Shown: positions 28,603 to 37,794 of the stretch, one piece after another
Layout: each line of letters begins with the position of its first letter
Position numbering within the stretch: position 1 is the stretch's first letter
Sequence record: PZ296772.1
Length of the DNA: 64,000 nucleotides
From: a phage
Reading direction: 5' to 3' (one strand)
Made by a program: the position numbers and the translations under genes
The notes under the pieces: model-generated
Databases searched by the model: none
What the model saw: only the letters and a program-made list of their open reading frames with translations
Told to the model about the DNA's origin: nothing

Positions 28603-28604
28603 GT

Positions 28605-28632
28605 CAAAGCTTTACGTTTAATGTAGTACGAT
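28605..28632 (+). promoter_or_regulatory. MotA-box-like middle promoter candidate upstream of gene 44
   Basis: caaaGCTTTA, 12 nt, TACGAT. Confidence 0.35.
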
Positions 28633-28677
28633 TATGGAGGAGAAATCCTCCAGTTTAATGATAATGAGGAAAATTAC

Positions 28678-29640
28678 ATGATTACTATCAATTCCAAAGA
28701 ACACATTCTAGAACAGAAATATCGTCCTTCTTCCATTGACGAATGTATTCTGCCTGCGTATGACCATGAAACATTCAAGTCTTTAGTATCTAAAGGAAAA
28801 CTTCCTCATATTATTTTGCACTCTCCTTCTCCTGGTACAGGTAAAACAACTGTAGCAAAAGCATTATGTAATGATATCAATGCCGAAATGATGTTCGTCA
28901 ACGGTTCTGATTGTAAGATTGATTTTGTGCGTGGCCCGTTAACTGCATTCGCTCGTTCAGTCTCAATGGAAGGCAAGCCTAAAGTTATTGTTATTGATGA
29001 ATTCGACCGTAGTGGTCTCGCCGAATCACAACGTCACCTTCGTACGTTTATGGAAGAATTCTCTAGTAACTGCTCTATTGTTATTACTGCTAACAACATC
29101 GATGGAATTATTGAACCATTACGTAGTCGTTGTCGAGTTATCGAATTCGGACGTCCAACCGAAGAAGATAAAATCTCGATGATGAAGAAAATGATTCATC
29201 GTATGGTTGAAATCTGTAAGAATGAAAATATCGAAATCGCTGATATGAAAGTTGTTGCAGCTCTGGTTAAAAAGAACTTCCCGGACTTTCGTCGTACAAT
29301 TGGTCAATTAGACCAGTACTCGTCTAAAGGTGTTCTTGATGCAGGTATTCTGTCTATCGTAACTAATGACCGTGGCACAGTCTCTGACGTTATCGAAGCA
29401 ATGAAGAATAAAGATATCAAACAGCTTCGTGCATTAGCTCCAAAATATGCTGCAGATTATTCATGGTTCATCGATAAATTAGTTTCAGAATGTTATGACC
29501 AAGTTGCACCTGGTAAAAGTATTATTTCGCTTTACGAAATTGCAGGCGAAAATAATAAGTTTCATGGACTAGCAAGTAATATTGAATTACATGTTATGTA
29601 TATGCTTCTTCAACTGACCTGCGAACTGACTTGGAAATAA
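28678..29640 (+). CDS. 44: clamp loader large subunit gp44 (AAA+)
   Basis: Walker [11 protein letters not shown], Walker [12 protein letters not shown] motif RSRCRVIEF. Confidence 0.9.
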   Translation: MITINSKEHILEQKYRPSSIDECILPAYDHETFKSLVSKGKLPHIILHSPSPGTGKTTVAKALCNDINAEMMFVNGSDCKIDFVRGPLTAFARSVSMEGKPKVIVIDEFDRSGLAESQRHLRTFMEEFSSNCSIVITANNIDGIIEPLRSRCRVIEFGRPTEEDKISMMKKMIHRMVEICKNENIEIADMKVVAALVKKNFPDFRRTIGQLDQYSSKGVLDAGILSIVTNDRGTVSDVIEAMKNKDIKQLRALAPKYAADYSWFIDKLVSECYDQVAPGKSIISLYEIAGENNKFHGLASNIELHVMYMLLQLTCELTWK

Positions 29641-29641
29641 T

Positions 29642-30205
29642 ATGAACTTATTTGATGATGACGTCCAGCTTAACGAGCACCAAATTGCATGGAAGTCTAA
29701 TGACGCTGATGCGATCCAAAAATGTGCTGATATGTTTAAAGAAAAACCTGAGAATGAATTCTTTAAAATCATTAATGCTATTAATGAAAAGAAACCTATG
29801 TCAATTGCTCAGGTCGACTACTCAAAATTTATGGTTGAGAACTCATTATCCCAGTTCCCAGAATGTATGCCAGCTGTTTACATGATGAACTTAGTCGGTT
29901 CTGAATTAAGTGATGAAGCGCACTTCAACTATATGATGGCGGCAATTCCGCGTGGTCGACGATTCTCTAAATGGGCTAAACTAGTAGAAGACACTTCAGA
30001 GTTACTAGTTATCAAACTGTTGATGAAACATTACACAATCAACATGAATGATGCTACCGAGTATAAGCGGCTCCTTGAAAAAAATAACAAGTTGCCAATA
30101 GTCCTTAAAGAACTGAAGGCCATGGTCACTGATGAATTTCTCAAAGAAGTTACCAAAAACGTGAAAGAACAAAAACAATTTAAAAAATTAGCATTGGAAT
30201 GGTAA
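29642..30205 (+). CDS. 62: clamp loader small subunit gp62
   Basis: 187 aa immediately downstream of 44, as in T4. Confidence 0.75.
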   Translation: MNLFDDDVQLNEHQIAWKSNDADAIQKCADMFKEKPENEFFKIINAINEKKPMSIAQVDYSKFMVENSLSQFPECMPAVYMMNLVGSELSDEAHFNYMMAAIPRGRRFSKWAKLVEDTSELLVIKLLMKHYTINMNDATEYKRLLEKNNKLPIVLKELKAMVTDEFLKEVTKNVKEQKQFKKLALEW

Positions 30206-30207
30206 AA

Positions 30208-30576
30208 ATGATTGAAATTAAATTGAAGAACCCCGAAGATTTTCTGAAAGTCAAAGAGACTTTGACCCGTATGGGCATCGCTAATAACAAGGATAAAGTT
30301 CTTTATCAGTCCTGTCATATCCTCCAAAAGCAAGGTAAGTACTATATCGTCCACTTTAAAGAAATGTTGCGTATGGATGGACGTCAGGTTGATATCGACG
30401 GTGAAGACTATCAGCGACGTGATTCGATTGCCCAGTTGCTTGAAGACTGGGGATTGATTATTATTGAAGACTCTGCTCGTGAAGATCTATTTAGTCTGAC
30501 TAATAACTTCCGAGTTATCTCTTTTAAACAGAAAGATGACTGGACTTTGAAAGCAAAATATACAATTGGTAATTAA
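30208..30576 (+). CDS. regA: translational repressor RegA
   Basis: Start moved to ATG; 122 aa; near-identical to recalled T4 RegA (KVKETLTRMGIANNKDKVLYQSCHIL, FKEMLRMDGRQV). Confidence 0.85.
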   Translation: MIEIKLKNPEDFLKVKETLTRMGIANNKDKVLYQSCHILQKQGKYYIVHFKEMLRMDGRQVDIDGEDYQRRDSIAQLLEDWGLIIIEDSAREDLFSLTNNFRVISFKQKDDWTLKAKYTIGN

Positions 30577-30580
30577 AGCA

Positions 30581-30598
30581 ATGGGACTTCGGTCCCAT
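30581..30598 (+). promoter_or_regulatory. hairpin between regA and gene 43 (terminator or part of the gp43 translational operator)
   Basis: atgggac-TTCG-gtcccat stem-loop followed by ggagTATAAT. Confidence 0.35.
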
Positions 30599-30657
30599 TT
30601 GGAGTATAATAAGTTCATCAACAAACAAAAGACAATAACTCGTCTAAAGGAAATTAA

Positions 30658-33369
30658 ATGAAAGAATTTTACTTAACGGTTGAACAGATTGGTGATTCAA
30701 TTTTTGAACGTTACATCGATTCTAATGGCCGTGAACGTACTCGTGAAGTAGAATATAAACCATCACTGTTTGCTCATTGTCCAGAAAGTCAGGCTACGAA
30801 ATATTTCGATATCTACGGTAAGCCGTGTACTCGTAAGTTGTTCGCTAATATGCGTGATGCCTCCCAATGGATTAAACGCATGGAAGATATCGGACTTGAA
30901 GCACTTGGCATGGACGATTTCAAATTGGCGTATTTGTCTGACACTTATAACTATGAAATCAAATACGACCATACAAAAATTCGTGTGGCTAACTTCGACA
31001 TCGAAGTAACATCTCCGGATGGGTTCCCTGAGCCGTCACAAGCAAAACATCCAATTGATGCTATCACCCATTATGACTCAATTGATGACAGGTTTTATGT
31101 ATTTGACCTTTTGAATTCTCCATACGGTAATGTGGAAGAATGGTCTATCGAAATTGCGGCTAAGCTTCAAGAACAAGGTGGTGATGAAGTTCCATCCGAA
31201 ATTATCGATAAAATCATTTATATGCCGTTCGATAACGAAAAAGAATTGTTGATGGAATATCTCAACTTCTGGCAACAGAAAACTCCTGTCATTTTGACTG
31301 GATGGAACGTTGAGTCATTTGATATTCCATATGTGTATAACCGAATCAAGAATATTTTTGGCGAATCAACTGCGAAACGTTTATCACCACATCGTAAAAC
31401 TCGTGTTAAAGTTATCGAAAACATGTATGGTTCTCGTGAAATCATTACATTGTTCGGTATCTCTGTTCTTGATTACATTGACCTTTACAAAAAATTCTCT
31501 TTTACCAATCAACCGTCATATTCTCTGGATTACATTTCAGAATTTGAATTGAACGTTGGTAAACTGAAATACGACGGCCCTATTTCTAAGCTTCGTGAAA
31601 GCAATCACCAACGATATATTTCTTATAACATTATCGACGTGTATCGTGTATTGCAAATTGATGCTAAGCGTCAGTTCATCAACTTGAGCTTGGACATGGG
31701 TTATTATGCTAAAATTCAGATTCAATCCGTGTTCAGTCCAATTAAAACTTGGGACGCTATTATTTTTAATAGCCTTAAAGAACAAAACAAGGTGATTCCA
31801 CAAGGTCGTTCGCATCCAGTTCAACCTTACCCAGGTGCTTTTGTTAAGGAACCTATTCCAAATCGATACAAATATGTTATGAGCTTCGACCTCACATCTC
31901 TGTATCCAAGTATTATTCGCCAAGTGAATATTAGTCCGGAAACAATAGCAGGAACGTTTAAAGTAGCTCCATTGCATGATTATATTAACGCTGTTGCTGA
32001 ACGTCCTTCTGATGTGTACAGTTGTTCTCCTAACGGCATGATGTATTATAAAGACCGTGATGGTGTAGTTCCAACTGAAATCACTAAGGTCTTTAATCAA
32101 CGTAAAGAACATAAAGGTTACATGCTTGCAGCTCAACGTAATGGTGAAATAATTAAAGAGGCATTGCATAATCCTAATTTTTCTGATGACGAACCGTTAG
32201 ATGTTGATTATCGTTTCGACTTCAGCGATGAGATTAAAGAAAAGATTAAAAAGTTGTCTGCTAAATCTCTTAATGAAATGTTGTTTAGAGCTCAACGTAC
32301 TGAAGTTGCAGGTATGACTGCACAAATTAACCGTAAATTGCTTATCAACTCACTTTATGGTGCACTTGGCAACGTTTGGTTCCGTTATTACGATTTGCGT
32401 AATGCTACTGCAATCACAACATTCGGGCAAATGGCTTTACAGTGGATTGAACGTAAAGTCAATGAATATCTGAATGAAGTTTGTGGTACAGAAGGCGAAG
32501 CTTTCGTTCTATATGGTGATACAGACTCCATTTACGTATCTGCAGATAAAATTATTGATAAGGTTGGTGAATCTAAATTCCGTGATACCAACCATTGGGT
32601 AGACTTCTTAGATAAGTTCGCTCGTGAACGTATGGAACCTGCTATTGATAGAGGTTTCCGTGAAATGTGCGAATACATGAATAATAAGCAACATTTGATG
32701 TTCATGGACCGAGAAGCTATCGCTGGACCTCCGCTTGGTTCTAAAGGTATTGGCGGATTTTGGACTGGTAAGAAACGTTATGCATTAAACGTGTGGGATA
32801 TGGAAGGCACTCGTTACGCTGAGCCTAAACTCAAAATCATGGGTCTAGAGACTCAGAAATCTTCGACTCCTAAAGCAGTACAGAAAGCTCTTAAGGAATG
32901 TATTCGTCGTATGCTTCAGGAAGGTGAAGAATCATTACAAGAATATTTTAAAGAGTTTGAAAAAGAATTCCGTCAATTGAATTATATTAGCATCGCGTCG
33001 GTATCTTCTGCGAATAACATCGCTAAATATGATGTTGGTGGATTCCCTGGTCCCAAATGCCCGTTCCATATTCGTGGAATTCTGACGTATAACCGGGCTA
33101 TCAAAGGTAATATCGATGCACCACAAGTTGTAGAAGGTGAAAAAGTATATGTTCTGCCTTTACGTGAAGGAAACCCATTCGGTGATAAATGTATCGCATG
33201 GCCTTCTGGTACTGAAATCACAGATTTAATTAAAGACGACGTACTTCATTGGATGGACTACACTGTTCTCCTTGAGAAGACATTTATTAAACCACTTGAA
33301 GGATTCACATCAGCAGCGAAACTCGATTACGAGAAGAAAGCATCTCTGTTCGATATGTTCGATTTTTGA
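30658..33369 (+). CDS. 43: family B DNA polymerase gp43 (RB69-type)
   Basis: 903 aa; exo motifs FDIEV, YNIIDV; pol motifs DLTSLYPSII, LYGDTDSIYV; N-terminus MKEFYLTVEQIGDSIFERYIDSNGRERTREVEYKP matches recalled RB69 gp43. Confidence 0.95.
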   Translation: MKEFYLTVEQIGDSIFERYIDSNGRERTREVEYKPSLFAHCPESQATKYFDIYGKPCTRKLFANMRDASQWIKRMEDIGLEALGMDDFKLAYLSDTYNYEIKYDHTKIRVANFDIEVTSPDGFPEPSQAKHPIDAITHYDSIDDRFYVFDLLNSPYGNVEEWSIEIAAKLQEQGGDEVPSEIIDKIIYMPFDNEKELLMEYLNFWQQKTPVILTGWNVESFDIPYVYNRIKNIFGESTAKRLSPHRKTRVKVIENMYGSREIITLFGISVLDYIDLYKKFSFTNQPSYSLDYISEFELNVGKLKYDGPISKLRESNHQRYISYNIIDVYRVLQIDAKRQFINLSLDMGYYAKIQIQSVFSPIKTWDAIIFNSLKEQNKVIPQGRSHPVQPYPGAFVKEPIPNRYKYVMSFDLTSLYPSIIRQVNISPETIAGTFKVAPLHDYINAVAERPSDVYSCSPNGMMYYKDRDGVVPTEITKVFNQRKEHKGYMLAAQRNGEIIKEALHNPNFSDDEPLDVDYRFDFSDEIKEKIKKLSAKSLNEMLFRAQRTEVAGMTAQINRKLLINSLYGALGNVWFRYYDLRNATAITTFGQMALQWIERKVNEYLNEVCGTEGEAFVLYGDTDSIYVSADKIIDKVGESKFRDTNHWVDFLDKFARERMEPAIDRGFREMCEYMNNKQHLMFMDREAIAGPPLGSKGIGGFWTGKKRYALNVWDMEGTRYAEPKLKIMGLETQKSSTPKAVQKALKECIRRMLQEGEESLQEYFKEFEKEFRQLNYISIASVSSANNIAKYDVGGFPGPKCPFHIRGILTYNRAIKGNIDAPQVVEGEKVYVLPLREGNPFGDKCIAWPSGTEITDLIKDDVLHWMDYTVLLEKTFIKPLEGFTSAAKLDYEKKASLFDMFDF

Positions 33370-33409
33370 TATAATACCATGGACGGTAAACTAATTAAAT
33401 GAGAGAAAT

Positions 33410-34045
33410 ATGAAAACTACTCCTATTACTATCGCTATTGACGCAATCATAAAACAAGCTTCTTCTTTGGCCGCTATGGCCAAAGTAATTAGTCAAAACC
33501 CTGCTCGTTATAATGCTATTCTAGAAACTCTTCGACGCCCGGGACTTAGTAATTATGAAAGCCGAGTAATTATTACAGGTGTTGGTAAGAATGCTAATAT
33601 TGCAACTAAAGCTTCTGAGACATTTGCTTCACTCGGTATCCCGAGTATGTACTTGAACACCGGGCACTATTCTCACGGTGATGCAGGATTTATTGCGCCT
33701 AATGATGTATTAGTTCACATCAGTCGTTCTGGTAAGACTGAAGAAATGATAGGTGTTGCTAAACATCTTCGTATGATTCGTCCTCAGGTTAAACAGATTC
33801 TGTTACATTGTAACCCTGACATTCCACAAGAATACGAAGCTCTTTTTGATTATACGTTCTGTACCGGTATCGCGGTAGAAGTTGACGAGAACTCTTTAGC
33901 TCCGACAATGTCAACCACATTGTTGTTAGCGCTTATCGATACGTTCGCTATCAACCTTTCGTCTGAGCGTGGATTTACCTCTAATGACTTCCTTAAGTTC
34001 CACCCTGGTGGTGCACTAGGTGCCATGTTACGAGGCGAACAATGA
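33410..34045 (+). CDS. SIS-domain sugar-phosphate isomerase (arabinose-5-phosphate isomerase-like, no CBS domains)
   Basis: SIS motifs GVGKNANIATKA, HISRSGKTEE and C-terminal FHPGGALG typical of KdsD/GutQ/KpsF isomerases. Confidence 0.65.
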   Translation: MKTTPITIAIDAIIKQASSLAAMAKVISQNPARYNAILETLRRPGLSNYESRVIITGVGKNANIATKASETFASLGIPSMYLNTGHYSHGDAGFIAPNDVLVHISRSGKTEEMIGVAKHLRMIRPQVKQILLHCNPDIPQEYEALFDYTFCTGIAVEVDENSLAPTMSTTLLLALIDTFAINLSSERGFTSNDFLKFHPGGALGAMLRGEQ

Positions 34046-34185
34046 AAGCAATAACAATAGGACTTTTACTATTGATGCTTGTCATGACTATCTACTGGAG
34101 CTTAACGGCTCCAGTAATGATTCCAACACTTGTAATTGGATGGATTATGATTGGTCTACAGGCAAAGTATGAATGCTTTAACTAG
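34042..34185 (+). CDS. small hydrophobic protein (below ORF-track threshold)
   Basis: 47-aa ORF MKAITIGLLLLMLVMTIYWSLTAPVMIPTLVIGWIMIGL..., two transmembrane-like segments, coupled start. Confidence 0.3.
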   Translation: MKAITIGLLLLMLVMTIYWSLTAPVMIPTLVIGWIMIGLQAKYECFN

Positions 34186-34226
34186 AATAGTGTACAATAC
34201 ATCTACTTACCAATGAGGACCACAAC

Positions 34227-35912
34227 ATGAAAAAAGCTGTTATTCTTGGTGCTGGACTGGCAACTCGTTTGTATCCAATAACGCATCATATTCCAAAAGT
34301 TCTTGTGAACTATAAACAAGACACTATTCTGAGCAATTTGTATACAATTTATTCTGACCTTGGCGCAGATGAAATTATTGTAGTAGTTCATTCAAAATTT
34401 GCTGAAACTGTTCGAGCTTATTGTGAGCAAGAAGGGTTCAATGTGACTATTCGTACAGTTGATGAAGCGTATGGTTCTGCTTATGCTCTTGCTAAATTAC
34501 ACAAAGATTTAGACGGCCATAATGTAATTGTTAACTGGTGTGATATTATTCCTGATTTTGGTTCATGGTCTTGGAATGTTAACGCAATCTATGTTAAGGG
34601 TGACGAATGTCGGTATAATTTCGACGGTGAAAATATCACTAACGTAGGTTCAACAGGTGGTAATGTTGTAGGAATTTATCAGTTCAAAGACTGGGAATTC
34701 TATATGGGTTCTACTGATGAGGAAATTCATGAATACTGCAAAGGACGCGATTTCGTAGAATTCCTTTACAGCGGCGCATTCAATAAATCAGAGCTTATGA
34801 ATCTAATTGATTTAGGTGATATGCCTAAACTTGAAAAAGCTCATGAAGTTCGTGAACTTAATCGTAGTTTTAATGCAGTTGAAATTGGTGAAGAAACTGT
34901 AACTAAATTCGCATTAACCGAACAGGGTCGAGCTCTTCAGAAAGATGAGATTTCATGGTATCTTAAAGTGAAATCAGATTCAGTTCCTCAGTTAGTTTCT
35001 GTAAATGAAAATAACTTTGAAATGGAACGTATTAAAGGTAAGCCGGCATTTGAATATATTAAATCCAAATCAAGTCTTGCTCGTCCACAAATTGTTGATG
35101 CAATTTTAGATGCACTAAAATTCAGCACAGACACGTATTTTGTAAGTCCTGAAACTGTTCGTCGTGATTTCACTAAAGAATTCTATACGAAAGTTATTGA
35201 TCGTTGTGAAAGCATTCAGCCATTGATTGATTCATTTGGTAAAATCACACACGTGAACTACACTAAGATTGGACGTCTGAAGCCAATGCTGAAACAAGCT
35301 TTAGAACACCTTATTCGTTATCATAACCGTTCTCAGGGACAGTACTCTGTTATTCATGGTGACCCGAACTTCAGTAATACTATGATTACTGATAACGGCG
35401 AAGTCAAGTTTATCGACCCTCGTGGATATTTTGGCGAAACCAAGATTTACGGGCCAAAATTGTATGATGAAGCTAAAGTGCTTTATGCTGTTTCAGGTTA
35501 TGATGAATTCAATGCTAATCCGACCTGGGGACAGTTTACTATTGATGAAACAACTTGTAATGTGACTATTAACATCAATCCATTAATTTACAAATATGGA
35601 AAGATGAGTTCGTTTAACGAGTATCATCATTTGGCTGTAGCAATTATCTGGATTGCATTAGGTGGTTATTTCAAGAATAATCCACTTAAAGCGGTAGCCG
35701 CATATTATAAAGGTATGGAACTTCTGACTAAGCAATTACGTAACATGGGCCGTGTACTTCAAGATGGCTCTATTAGTTATGACGTAGCAGAACCTGTAAC
35801 GGCTACTCTGATTACAAAAAATCCTGGTAAATGGGTACTAACTGATAAAGAAACTGGTGTTTCCTATCGTCCAATCGGTGGCGATATCACTCATCAATGG
35901 GAACGAATCTAA
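34227..35912 (+). CDS. bifunctional sugar-1-phosphate nucleotidyltransferase / APH-type anomeric sugar kinase
   Basis: N-terminus ILGAGLATRLYPIT (NTP-transferase G-x-G-T-R-L); C-terminus kinase catalytic loop VIHGDPNFSNTMI and metal-binding FIDPRG. Confidence 0.6.
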   Translation: MKKAVILGAGLATRLYPITHHIPKVLVNYKQDTILSNLYTIYSDLGADEIIVVVHSKFAETVRAYCEQEGFNVTIRTVDEAYGSAYALAKLHKDLDGHNVIVNWCDIIPDFGSWSWNVNAIYVKGDECRYNFDGENITNVGSTGGNVVGIYQFKDWEFYMGSTDEEIHEYCKGRDFVEFLYSGAFNKSELMNLIDLGDMPKLEKAHEVRELNRSFNAVEIGEETVTKFALTEQGRALQKDEISWYLKVKSDSVPQLVSVNENNFEMERIKGKPAFEYIKSKSSLARPQIVDAILDALKFSTDTYFVSPETVRRDFTKEFYTKVIDRCESIQPLIDSFGKITHVNYTKIGRLKPMLKQALEHLIRYHNRSQGQYSVIHGDPNFSNTMITDNGEVKFIDPRGYFGETKIYGPKLYDEAKVLYAVSGYDEFNANPTWGQFTIDETTCNVTININPLIYKYGKMSSFNEYHHLAVAIIWIALGGYFKNNPLKAVAAYYKGMELLTKQLRNMGRVLQDGSISYDVAEPVTATLITKNPGKWVLTDKETGVSYRPIGGDITHQWERI

Positions 35913-36298
35913 TGCATCGTGTAGAAAACATGCTTAATCTTTGTTTTGATGTCGACGATTGTATAACAGAGTGGAATAACAATCGTGATTACGTGAACTT
36001 CAAGCCAGACGTCGAAATGGTGACTGCCATTAATGCCCTGTATGATGCAGGGCATACCATAACGCTTTACACTGCTCGTGGTATGAAGTCAGTAGGTCCT
36101 GGACGTATAGCAATTGACATTCTACCGAGTCTGATTCAGAACTTGGAAAACATTGGTTTGAAGTACCATAATTTGCTAACACATAAACCAGTATATGATT
36201 GGATTATCGACGACAAAGCTATGCGTCCTGACGAATTCAAAGCTCTTATGAATAAAGGCGAATTCGAAACATTTAAATCATATAAACCGAACCTATAA
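35912..36298 (+). CDS. HAD-like phosphatase (small)
   Basis: Start at ATG overlapping upstream stop; motif I CFDVDDCIT (DxDx-). Confidence 0.4.
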   Translation: MHRVENMLNLCFDVDDCITEWNNNRDYVNFKPDVEMVTAINALYDAGHTITLYTARGMKSVGPGRIAIDILPSLIQNLENIGLKYHNLLTHKPVYDWIIDDKAMRPDEFKALMNKGEFETFKSYKPNL

Positions 36299-36346
36299 TA
36301 ATTTAAGTAAGACCTGCAAAAAAACCATCGCATCAATTAACGTGAG

Positions 36347-37516
36347 ATGCAAAAAATGAATACTTTTAAAATCGGAACGAATTTTGATTTAGCTCTTCTT
36401 GATAAAATCGTAGAGCTCAATAAAACTTATCCTAATAGCTTGATAAACGAAGTGTACGGCTCTACAAGAGAAATGGCTTTTGTAGCAGCCAGACCTGATT
36501 TTAGGCTTCCTGACGTTGACAAAAAGATGTTAGAAGATTACGTTAAACGTTGTAACGAATTAGGTATTTGCTTTAACTATACACTCAACACGATAAATCC
36601 TGGTTCAAAAAGAGAACTAGTTGAGTGGAAGAAGAAAGCTATTCAGGATTATGTTCAGTATCTTTGGTCAATAGGCGTATGGCGTATTACTATCGCTAAC
36701 CCTGTTGTTATGGAAATTGTTCGTGAAGTAAATAAAGACATTGAGATTGAAGTTTCAACAATTCTACATGTTGATGCTGTAACTCAAATCAAATACTTGC
36801 ATGACCAATATAATATCAAAAAGGTCTGCTGTGGAATTCATAAGAACCGTTCAGTTTCTTTCCTGAAGCGTGCAGCAGAGTTTTGCAATAAGAACAATAT
36901 AATATTTGAAGTTCTTGTAAATGAGTTCTGTTCTAATGCTGGTAAAGGGTATACAACACATTGTAGCTATCGTGACTCTTGCTATATTTTCCATAGTACT
37001 GATGTTACAGCTGATGATGCTAAATCCTTAAATGGATATCCAATGCAGCACTGTATTAAAGCTCGTGATACAGACCCATTTAACTGGTTGAGAACTCGTT
37101 TTGTTCGTCCTCAAGATTTGAAACTTTATAATGATATTGGTATCACTCAATTCAAAGTTTCAGGACGTACAGGTAGCACAGACTACATTTTGAAAGTTCT
37201 TGAAGCATACGCTTCTGAAAAGTTTGAAGGTAATTTGTTAGAACTGTGGAAGCCTTTAGAGACTATTTTCACTCTTGAAAACGAAACCGAGTTTTCACAT
37301 ACAGTAAATATTGAAACCTCTTTGTTAGATGGCTTTTTAGAAAAAAGGTGGTTCAGACATCCAGATTTCGATTGTGCTAATGAAATCTGTGGGACGACGT
37401 GTACATATTGTGAAAGATATTATAAACGTCAGTTATCTAAAAACGGGTTAGCAGAAAACTCTATATCTATTATTGATATAACTAACTCTGATGACGCTTT
37501 GAGGTACCCGGAATGA
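36347..37516 (+). CDS. peptidase-U32-family-like protein (putative Fe-S enzyme)
   Basis: Central region resembles recalled U32 pattern (FNYTLNTI...GVWRITIANPVVMEIVRE...IEVSTILHV...NRSVSFLKRAAE); multiple Cys (CSNAGKG..HCSYRDSC, CANEICGTTCTYC). Confidence 0.35.
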   Translation: MQKMNTFKIGTNFDLALLDKIVELNKTYPNSLINEVYGSTREMAFVAARPDFRLPDVDKKMLEDYVKRCNELGICFNYTLNTINPGSKRELVEWKKKAIQDYVQYLWSIGVWRITIANPVVMEIVREVNKDIEIEVSTILHVDAVTQIKYLHDQYNIKKVCCGIHKNRSVSFLKRAAEFCNKNNIIFEVLVNEFCSNAGKGYTTHCSYRDSCYIFHSTDVTADDAKSLNGYPMQHCIKARDTDPFNWLRTRFVRPQDLKLYNDIGITQFKVSGRTGSTDYILKVLEAYASEKFEGNLLELWKPLETIFTLENETEFSHTVNIETSLLDGFLEKRWFRHPDFDCANEICGTTCTYCERYYKRQLSKNGLAENSISIIDITNSDDALRYPE

Positions 37517-37752
37517 TTTCTAGAAAAACTTTTAATCACCAACTTAATGAAGAGATTTTGACTACGAAACTGAACACTAACGAACAAATTCTTAAAAAGG
37601 CCCTTATGGGCCTGTTTGAAACCAAAGCGGCTAAAGTGATTAAAGAACCTGTTCAATTGGAATACTACGCTGATGCATTTCTTCACAGTGTTCTTGGAAG
37701 TATCGATGCTGAAGCTTTACGGTATACCAACATTGCCAAGAAATTCAAATAA
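37513..37752 (+). CDS. hypothetical protein
   Basis: 79 aa, coupled start. Confidence 0.4.
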   Translation: MISRKTFNHQLNEEILTTKLNTNEQILKKALMGLFETKAAKVIKEPVQLEYYADAFLHSVLGSIDAEALRYTNIAKKFK

Positions 37753-37775
37753 GCTTTACGAATCGAGTATATAAT
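37749..37775 (+). promoter_or_regulatory. MotA-box-like middle promoter candidate upstream of gene 42
   Basis: ataaGCTTTA, 11 nt, TATAAT. Confidence 0.4.
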
Positions 37776-37794
37776 AAATTGTATTGAGGTAAAC

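Noticed and set aside
31537-32169. 210-aa minus-strand ORF, and other minus-strand ORFs such as 5689..6105, 25545..26033, 40772..41137 and 59679..59987
   Set aside because: All lie entirely inside confidently identified + strand genes (gp43, gp46, uvsX, gp39 and others) with no RBS; they are shadow ORFs of AT-rich coding sequence.
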